Below are positions 54,216 through 64,000 of a DNA stretch of 64,000 nt, piece after piece. The stretch spans positions 40,486,001 to 40,550,000 of the forward strand of contig OX597820.1 of assembly GCA_951406725.2 (NCBI GenBank). Reading direction: 5' to 3'. Numbering within the stretch: position 1 is the first letter of the stretch; each line of letters opens with the position of its first letter. Position numbers and translations under genes: made by a program. The notes below the pieces were generated by a model that ran no database searches, was not told the DNA's origin, and saw nothing but the letters and a program-made list of their open reading frames with translations. Source of the stretch: Octopus vulgaris. Taxonomy: Eukaryota.

Positions 54216-54340
54216 CAACAACAAAAACAACAACAATAATAATAATAATAATAATAATGATGATGATAATAATAATAATAATAACAACAACAACAACAAC
54301 AACAATAATAATAATAATGATGATGATGATGATGATAGTT
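54001..54340. repeat. Higher-order trinucleotide repeat, about five units of (AAT)n(GAT)n AGT (AAT)n(AAC)n
   Basis: Directly visible. Confidence 0.9.
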
Positions 54341-54595
54341 GTAATTTCAAGAAGAATAGAATAATAAAACCAGTTGGAGCAACAAACTGCTCCATCAATG
54401 ACATGTGACACCGACAAACATCGATAATAAAATTTTAAAAATTTTGAAATGGCACTAACAACGATAACAACAACAGCAGTATGAAGCATAACATATATCA
54501 CGGTATTGACAACAACACAACAATTTTCAAATGAAATAAAAAAAAACACAGGAACGTTAACTACCAATGCAACTATCATGACAGACATTCTCGAA

Positions 54596-54770
<175 letters not shown>

Positions 54771-54809
54771 TAATAATAGTAATAATAATAATAGTAATAA
54801 TAATAATAG

Positions 54810-55620
54810 TCGCAGCAGATGAATCTTGGTTACAGCAGAATAATGAGGATATAAGAAGGAAATCGAGGGATTTATAACGACTGTCGTCAAGGCAAAAATG
54901 TCGTCAAGGCAAAAATGTCGTCAAGGCAAAAATGTCGTCAAGGCAAAAACAGATGAAATTTTGAAAAGTGCAAAGTGCAGAGTATGTATTGAGAAAGACA
55001 AATTCTTCTATGGACAAAATATGTTCCTGCAGTCCATTGCTGCAGAAGGAGTATGGGTAAAAAGTAAAGTTATCTTCTCGAGTCATATCGATTCATAAGG
55101 GCTGATTTCCCAGTTTCATGGTTCATATATTTCCTGTCTGGACGGGAGGCCGGTCTGTCGCAGGATTCCGGCAAGAGGATTTGAAGTAAGAAAATGGTAC
55201 CGACATCAACCAGAGAGTGTAATAGAGAAAGATTTGTTAACTTCGAGTATGCAGCCAGATATCATCATTTTAGCTGACCCGATCAACGAAATATCCTTCT
55301 CGTCAAAGTAACGTGCAAATGGTTGAGCACCTCACTGACATAGTACCTTTAACGTAATTCTCTCAAAAAGATTCAGTGTTACACAATGTGGCATGACTGG
55401 CCCTTTGGAATACAGGTACTACTCATCTTTGACAACTGGTAGCGGTCAAAGAACAGGAGAAAAGGTGGGAAAAATAAAACAGGATTTGATTAGGGAAATG
55501 CTAAGACAGTAAGAGGGTTTCTACAAAAGTATTGGGAAAACAAAGTATTGTATGATAGATCCAAGATATCTAAGGAAACAGGTTATGATCCAGTATCAAG
55601 GGCATTGATGTCAATTGTAA
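54810..55620 (+). mobile_element. Highly decayed Dong-like fragment interrupted by SINE pieces
   Basis: KEIEGFI, AKCRVC, KWYRHQPESVIE. Contains a 17-bp tandem tgtcgtcaaggcaaaaa in about four copies (54882-54949). 55060-55165 resembles the reverse complement of the 3500-3596 SINE tail. Confidence 0.6.
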
Positions 55621-55647
55621 CACAAGTTTGCATTCCGCGAGTTATAA

Positions 55648-55860
55648 TGGTTTCAAATTTTGGTACAAGACAGGTGGGTTTTTAAGGGGATGACGAAGTT
55701 GAATGCGTCGAGGCAAATACTTAACTGATACTTATTTAATTGACCCGAAAGAATGAAAAGTTACTTCGACCTCTGCGGAATTTCAGTTTAGAACATAAAG
55801 AACCGGAAGAAATAGGGCTAAACATTTTTCCTCGATGCAGTAACGATTCTACAAGTTAAT
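55648..55860 (-). mobile_element. SINE family A, degenerate
   Basis: ggtttcaaattttggtacaag...tgacccgaaagaatgaaaag...ttcgacctctgcggaattt...taacgattct. Confidence 0.7.
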
Positions 55861-56779
55861 CATCATCGCCATCCTCCTTCTCATCTTCATCATCATCACC
55901 AGCAATATCCTCATCATCATCATCGCTAAAGTAAATAACTGAAACACTGGCATTAACCAGTCACCACTACTATTGCTATAAGAGCCATGCTAAGCACATG
56001 TAGCATCTTCGAAGTCCTTCGATCAGCTAAAAAGGCCATCCACATATATCTCTAATCACACCATATCGTCTTATCTAAAGGACACAATGGATATTGTAAT
56101 CTTTGGTGTGCTGTTGGAAGGTCATTGTGGGAACACCTTTTGATAATAAAGCAATGATGGATCATTTAATGCTCAACAGCAATATCTAAATATGAACTGC
56201 TTCATTTGTCACAAGGACAATGAACGAGAAACCAAAATTTGGGGGAAAAAATATGAAAAACAAACCATCATAGGAGAGTGAGATCTACGTTGTGTATAAA
56301 TCAAGCAAGGCTACAGAGCTAGAATCTATTAAAGGTACACCCCGCTGCTGCATTCTCCGGTTTAGAGAGGCACGCTCAAATGGGTTTATTTTTATTTGAT
56401 TAAGACATTCTCATCACTCTCTTTAAAGTCAGCGTAAATCCTCTGGAAGCAGAGCATCCCACCTCTTCCTTATATTTGAGCGCACATTCCAATCTCGTTA
56501 CACTAGTCAAGCGATAATAGATTTTGTAGGTGATATAGGCAATCTCTGCCGCATTTCGACCTTTCTGTGACTGATTTCGCCTAGCCTATTTCTGAGAGAA
56601 ATTTCCAACTTCGAATAATAGGATGAGTTTATCAATAAATATATATTCATATAAATAAGTAACCAGAAAAAGTAATTAGATGTTAAAAGGCATGCACCAA
56701 ATTTTAAATTTCATTTCTCTTTTATATAAATATATTTATGGAGAGCATCAAAATAATAGATTCCTATCTGGCACAGGAA

Positions 56780-57080
56780 ATGAAAAAAAACCGCGCCATG
56801 CTCTTCACACTGATGAACAATAAGAGCAACACGGAGTTCATCAGTTTCTTGAAAGTTTGTAGAGTAGTGAAATATTAGGATGTGTTATCCCTGGTTAAGA
56901 GCGTGAATCGTTCCCAGAAGCTCAGACATCGATAAACTACTGAGTTCATCCAACAAGACAATAGCATCCTCACCAGCAAATCATCGCCTCTGACTCGATA
57001 GCGTCATCATGTGAATCATGTTACCTCTGTGCTCTCCTGATTTGAATTCTTTGGAGAGCTGCCTGTACAGTAGTGGAGGG
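56780..57080 (+). mobile_element. Decayed Tc1/mariner-superfamily catalytic fragment
   Basis: FIQQDNS...PLCSPDLNSLE resembles FQQDNAP.H...WPPxSPDLNP. Confidence 0.55.
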
Positions 57081-59417
57081 GAGCACTGCACTTACAGTTT
57101 TAGTAATGGTTTTGTTTTTACTGGCGATTCCTCAGCTGTTTGGCAGTGCAAAACTTTGCTGCAGGTGGTATTTGTAATGTCGTTGTAAAGACATTCCAAA
57201 CATAACCATATGAAATTTATTTCAAAGTGTGTATTTTCCCCCTGTTTTTAATATGATAGGTTGTAATTTGTGTGAGATCTAACTGCTTTTATAGCAAGTG
57301 GGGCGACTATGCACATACTATTTTATAGGGTAGTTGTTTCTGGGGTTAGCAATGATTGGTTGGTCGGTTTATTCTGCCTTCTGCTACATTAATTATTAAT
57401 CAGGGCTCAAATGCTGAGCCGTGATATCACCGTACGTAATATCTACACCATGTTTAAATAACGTACACTTTTTTTCAATTTTTAGAGAGAATTCAAACTC
57501 TAAAATCTTGTTTCTCATTTAAAATTGTAATCTTATATATATATATTTTGTTAATTTAAAAGAATAAAATTCTAAATTATTATTTTTTTTTGCATTAACA
57601 ATTTGCTTGGGTCGTCTAAGGTAAGTTTCTGTACAGTGTCCCAGTCAGTTCCCATCTACGCAAGACCACGATCCTGAATCATCGAGACTATGTGGCATAT
57701 GGCTGACAAATACAAGCGGATCCTCAGAAAGAGAGAATAGATGATACACGGGACCTAAATCATAAAATCAAGTAACATTACCAAACAGTCTGATGAAACG
57801 CTCCAGAGTCATACATTTAACATGACGTATCCCAGTTTAGTCGTTGGTTGAATACGAATTCTTACTAATGGTAGCCCATTCTCCTGCGAATCTTTCTCGT
57901 ACCATAAAATTTCTGGAAGGTCTTCACGGCCCCGAACAGTGTCCGAGACTCGCAACTATAGCGCAAGACAGAACATAAAAGACCAGAGTCCCGAACATTC
58001 GAAAATTTATCCTCTTGCTTAGATATCGGTTGCATGAAATACTCTTACCCAGTGCGTACATTATCTGCACCAACACATCCAAGTTTTTTTAAGATTTCAG
58101 ATTCGCAGTTAATGATGCTAATGATCATACTGTCCAAATAACTGAATTAGTCAATAACTTTGATATTCTCACCGGCAACGGAGACAGACGAGATGGAGTC
58201 TCAGGACGTTAACAAAGAACTGAATCTTTGCTTTGGCGCAAGAAACTCTAAGACCAAGCGGTTCCGCTTTCTTATTGAGTGTGAATAGAGCACACTTTAA
58301 GAAATCCAGAGATCTAGCAAGGGTAACCGCAAAGAGAACAATAAGAAAAGGGTAAGAAAAGAAATAACTTAGCGTAAGTAAGGAATACAGCTATCGGTCA
58401 GTGGCAAACCAAACAATAATGAAACAACGCCACATTTAATACCAAATAAATCAACAACAATGAAAATAAAAAGAATAATGAAATTTAAAAAAAACAGTAG
58501 AAATATAGGCATAAAAATCTAAACCGCGAATCACGAACTTTGACAAGAAAAACAAATGAAAAGAAGAACCACATCAATACTAATAAGAACAACCAGAGGC
58601 AATAACTACAACACAATCATTTGCTGCAATAGAACATGGAGAATGAACACTAGCAACATCAGCAATAGGGGCAATGACACCAACAGCATCAACAACAGCA
58701 GCAGCAGCGCCAACGGTAGCACAATTCCACAATTACAATGCTACAAACAGCGAACAATAGCAAGAACGATAGTAACAACTACAAAACAACTGCATTAGAA
58801 TGCCTTCAATGACAGCAACCAACAACCACAACGTTACTAACAAGAACAATATACGAACAAAACAATAAAAAAAAGAAGACAACAACAGTAAGAACCACAA
58901 CGGCTATGTCAGCGGACGTTGGTGGTGTCGACGTCGATGGCAAAACAAGCTGTCAAAAGAACTGAAGAATTATATATGAAAAATAACAAAAAGACAAAAC
59001 AAAAAAAAAAAACTGCAACAAAAAGACAAAAGAATCAAACAAACAAAAGGAAAAAGAAAAATCTCAGACAAATAGTAACATGAATGAGGCTGTCAGTCAA
59101 CAAGCCAGCCATTGACATTCTCAGCAAGCAGTCGGATGCACTCAAGCGTGCATAACAAATGTACCATAGATGCTAGTGCTCCGCAGCATATACCATGAGA
59201 GAGTACTTACGTCCATACATATCCACGTATGTATGTGTGTATGTATTATGTATGTATGTATGTATGTATGTATGTATGTATGTATGTATGCATGCGTGTA
59301 CATACATCATGATACATATGCATGCATTTATGTGTATACTTCCGACTGTATATTTCACGTGCGGCTCTTTGTAAGCACGTTCACGGACATTTTCTCTGCA
59401 TCTCTCGCAAACTACTT

Positions 59418-59511
<94 letters not shown>

Positions 59512-59960
59512 GTATGTATGTATATATACATATATATATATATAGATGTGTGTCTGTGTATGTATATAGATATATATATGCATGTATGTATGAATATATA
59601 TATATGTGTGTGTGTGTGTGCATATATATATATATATATATATAAACATATATACGTACATATGTATAGATATATATAGAGAGAAGAAGGCATACACAAA
59701 CATATTTACTCACACGCATAAATACATATCGATATATATGTCTGTGTATTTCTCTGTGTGCGCATGTACTTATATGAATAATACGCTTCTATGCGGGCAT
59801 GTATATGTTTATGTGTATGTTATGTATATATAATGCATGCGTACTTACACATATACATATGCATACGTATAAATATATAGATTCATTTATATATTATAAA
59901 TGAGTGTGTGCACGTGTGTGTGTATATGTATGTATATATATGTATATATATATAAACACA

Positions 59961-60009
<49 letters not shown>

Positions 60010-60011
<2 letters not shown>

Positions 60012-60143
60012 TCATTTAATCTTTTACTTGTTTCTGTTATTTGACTGAGGCCATGCTGGAGCAACGCCTTTAATGTAGCAAATCGACCCCAGGACTTATT
60101 ATTTGTAAGCCTAGTACTTATTATTTGTATATAGTTTGCTTAC

Positions 60144-60146
<3 letters not shown>
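60010..60146 (-). mobile_element. SINE family B, internally deleted
   Basis: tttgactgaggccatgctggagca...tcgaccccaggacttatt...gtaagcctagtactta. Confidence 0.75.
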
Positions 60147-60172
<26 letters not shown>

Positions 60173-60178
<6 letters not shown>

Positions 60179-60481
60179 AAGACGTATAAATCTATATTTG
60201 CTGGTTGCTCATTTGAGTCTCATTGTGATCAGCTGCTGATCTGTCAGATGACACGTAAGCAAAAGGTCCTCTGCATGAGTTTGTAGTGGACTGACCTTGC
60301 ATTGGAAGTCAGCAATTTTTCTTTTTTGTTTTTTTTTTAGAGAAGGAAGATACTTCTGACTGTAATAGTAGCTGAACCGTCCGGATGAAACATTCTCAGG
60401 TATTATATCACAAAATTACATCTACTCATTTATTACTGAAGTGGCACATTGGACAGCAAGGATTTGAATCCCAAAATTTCC

Positions 60482-60530
<49 letters not shown>

Positions 60531-61194
60531 AGTAGTTGAATGAATTATCTTAGTATGCATAATTCGGTTAACCGATACCTGGGTAGCAAATTCACGTCAG
60601 AAAAACACGGTTGAAGCTACATATGTCAAACAGATGTCGAAAATAAAGGAATTTTGTTAAATCGTCGTTCAACTCCATTCTTTCATTTATATATATATAT
60701 ATAACATAATCATGTAAATAATCTTTTAGTAGTGAAGCTGAAAAATGGATAATTTCACACCTTTCATATTTTGGTTTGTCGTCAGTACCAATAAAATCCC
60801 TTAAGGGGTTATTGACTCCTATTTGTTTTTTGATCATCAATCTAGAAGAGCAGTTGTATTGGATCTTCAACTCATGCGGAGGATCTGTTTGTGAAAGGGA
60901 AATTTTGGGATTTAAATCCTTGCTGTCCAATGTGCCACTTCAGTAATAAATGAGTAGATGTAATTTTGTGATATAATGCCTGAGAATGTTTTATCCGGAC
61001 GGTTCAGCTACTATTACAGTCAGGAGTGTCTTCCTTCTGTAAAAAAAAAAATTGCTGACTTCCAATGCAAGGTCAGTCCACTACAAACTCATGCAGAGGA
61101 CCTTTTGCTTACGTGTCATCTGACAGATCAGCAGCTGATCACAATGAAACTCAAATGAGCAACCAGCAAATATAGATTTATACGTCTTTTCTAT
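60173..61194. repeat. Long inverted repeat, arms 60173-60485 and 60894-61194
   Basis: ~300-bp arms that are reverse complements apart from about six transitions and a poly-T length difference; ~410-bp spacer. Confidence 0.95.
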
Positions 61195-63489
61195 CTGCGT
61201 GCAGTTCATATTATTAACATAACACATGCATCTTCATACACGAGCACACATACACGCGCATACAATTACGTACAAACGTACGCATGTTCATATACTGAAA
61301 CATAAATATGCCTATCTGTATGTATACTGACATGTCAAAGGCAAAACTTAGTTTATCTGTCTACACTATTTTATTCTCCGTCATTTGGAATAAACTCTAT
61401 CACTCACTCACCTTCTCTCCTTCTCCTTCTCTCTCTCTCTCTCTCTATCTATCTATATCCTTCCCTCTCTTCCTCCATCTCACTCTGATTCAGAAGACTA
61501 ATGTTTGTATTTTTTGTTTTGACAGATACATGTTTCAAATGCAACATGCCAGTATAATTTTAAACGCTATTAACGTTCTAATTGCTGTGTTAATACTAAT
61601 TAAAAACGGCTATCTGCATAAGATCAATGCTCTAGTTACTCTTGTTTAACCCCAGTCAGTCATGACGCAGCATGCCTATGCACGAAATCGATCGAGGTGC
61701 GACCATTCAGTTGTTCATTTGAGGGTGCCTCTAAAACATCATTACCAAATGCATCCTGTGTCTTTAGGTAGATAGTTTCTAATAGAAAGGTCTTTGGCTG
61801 CAGTTGTAACCACTCAAGTGACCCTTTGAAATATTCTTACTGGCATGTTCTGCCTCTACGTATCTCTAGCAGGAAGATGAGTTTAGTTAAGCCTATTTAC
61901 TCTAAACATGTAATATAAAGACGAAGTTTTCATTCCAACGACGATTTCAACAATCAGTTATGGAATTCAGTACAATATGATTTCCCAGCTGCAAATAATT
62001 GAACTGACCAAATTAAGAGAAGAAATTTATCATAACAGTGTTGTAGCTAGTATCATATTTACTGTACACCCCATCTCTGCAGTAAGATGCTTATAGATTT
62101 CTGAATATGATTTATGCTGTGAGTTCCAATAATAAATGAATGTAACGTAATATTCTAGGTTACAACAGCATTACATTCATAACTACGGAGAGAATAAAGA
62201 AGAAATTTGGTATTAGATTAGCGAAGTTGTAATTATGCAAACCCATCAATTAGATGTATCAAAAAATTTAATCTATGTAACTTTTGGGTGGAAGTAATAC
62301 ATCAGATGCTTAATTTTATGCTTCTTACAACACAGAGGAGAAGGTGAAGGGATTAGTGGTAAGGTTATTGGACTCGCGAAGTTTAAGTCGTTTGTTCGAC
62401 TCTCGGTCCGGAAGGCTTCCTTGCACTCAAGTGAAAAGGATTACCTGTGTCATCAAGGATTGAACCTGCAAAGGACAGGGATACAAGACTTTACTCATGA
62501 AAATGAAGTCTTGAAATTTTAACCTAAATTCATTGATAATACAGATATGCCCTGGTCACATGAAGATGTCAGCTAGGAGCATAACGTTTTTGTAAAGGAA
62601 ATAACTGGAATGCGGATTTAAATATTACTTATTTTGCATCATGAACTTTGAAGAGTAATATTTTTTGTGTTTTGTCGAAAAGAAATCATTATTTTATTCT
62701 GTTTTTAACAGGAAAATAATGACAAACAATAGGAAATGTTCGAGCAATACAGCTGAATATTTGGTACAGTTAGTACCCTTGTCTATATCAAAACTACAGG
62801 ATTTCGACTGTACATGCCTTTGCATCAGGAATTTTTGTTCTTTTTTCTTTGCTTTAGTGTGTTTTTAATTTCATACTGTGATTCTCCCATTCACATCAGT
62901 GGAGTTTAGTAGTTTTCGTTCTATATAAAGATGCGGAAGTTCCCTCCCAAAATTATTATCCGGTTTGTTTTGTTTTCAATAAGCTTGCAGTAGCTAGCAA
63001 AGTTTGCCCTGAGCAACAATAGAGATAGATGAAATCTTTACATAAAACTTATTTTTATTCGTATGCTCAAAATATGAGATGCTTCATGATCAAATAATTT
63101 TGACCTAACGAGTGAACGATATCGGAGATATACGTCAGGATTTTATGCAATAGTTCTGAGGAGAAATTGAACTCAGCTCTCTACGCTAACGAACTATTCG
63201 CGTATTATAAGATATTGATTAAGCCTATACACAGTAACTATATCTGTTAAATGAATTTAGCCTGCAAAAGTCAAATCAGTTTTGGTTATAGGTACATCTT
63301 AATGTTGATGATAATAAACAAAACAATAAGTGTTCATTCTGCGGTCTAGTTTGATACCTTGTCGAATCAGCTAACCACGCTGCATATTGAAGTGTTGATA
63401 GGAAAGTATGAGTTACATAGCAGTACGGTATTAAAATCTTCTTGTGAATAATACGAAATCATTTCAACCGTATTTTTCAGTTCCCTCTC

Positions 63490-63690
63490 TGAAGAGCATT
63501 GTTAGAGGATTTGGCAGATACCTTATTATAGCTGATCTCAAAGTGCAGTACACTGGCTGACTCAATCATTGAAAATATCTTGGGATAGCGCGATCGATAA
63601 ATGCAAAGTAGTCTTGGTGATGATAATTTCTATGATATCTGCCAAGCCATTGATATGATATTTAGTTACTGGCTTGGTTATCGTCGTCAG
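63490..63690 (+). mobile_element. Possible ancient LINE RT remnant
   Basis: GFGR...ADL...W..AID...FYDICQAIDMI resembles GFR..ST.D...FLDISKAFD.V. Confidence 0.3.
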
Positions 63691-64000
63691 TTGGTGTTGC
63701 TATTCTGTGTGTTGTTAAATGTGATTGTCAGTCAGTACCAGACAACACTTCGTTTATTTTTTGATAGTTGCCAGATAACTTTTGTCATCCACTAACACCA
63801 AAACAATGGGGGATATTAGTTAGCTTAAACTTCAGAATAAAGTTTAATAGTATTTGGCAACTTTCAACATCAAACTTTTATAGAAGAGCAAAAGATAGCT
63901 TTGCTTTTATTAGAAAATTAAAATTGTTATTATATAGGATTAGGTATGAACGGAATTATTCCGAAAAGATTTTCTTCGTAACTATGTGGTTCCAGGTTCA

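Noticed and set aside
54882-54949. 17-bp repeats as a CRISPR-like array
   Set aside because: Head-to-tail with no spacers, in eukaryotic context; a simple tandem duplication.
57600-59210. Possible host exons (gtaagt donors, GC-richer patches, CAA/CAG-rich ORF at 58556)
   Set aside because: No coherent reading frame or recognisable protein; cannot be supported without transcripts.

Overview
AT-rich, microsatellite-dense animal genomic DNA. The SINE families and the simple-repeat density suggest an octopus/coleoid cephalopod (my inference, not a database result). I find no supportable host protein-coding exon, so the window is probably intronic or intergenic, and most listed ORFs (YIYI, VCVC, poly-I/L) are microsatellite translations. 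The dominant feature is a near-full-length but disabled R4/Dong-clade non-LTR retrotransposon (RT plus restriction-like endonuclease, 38514-42461) in a (TAA)n tract. It ends a ~7-kb same-strand stack of pieces from several Dong subfamilies. Also present: mariner/Tc1 relics, a Chapaev3-like transposase relic, RTE fragments, non-autonomous Helitrons (one apparently carrying a Merlin/IS1595-like transposase fragment joined to the Helitron helicase tail), three SINE families, minimal hammerhead-like motifs (one canonical, two with a CUGUAGA-type core), a candidate HDV-like ribozyme, and several local inverted duplications. All coordinates and alignments were read by eye.
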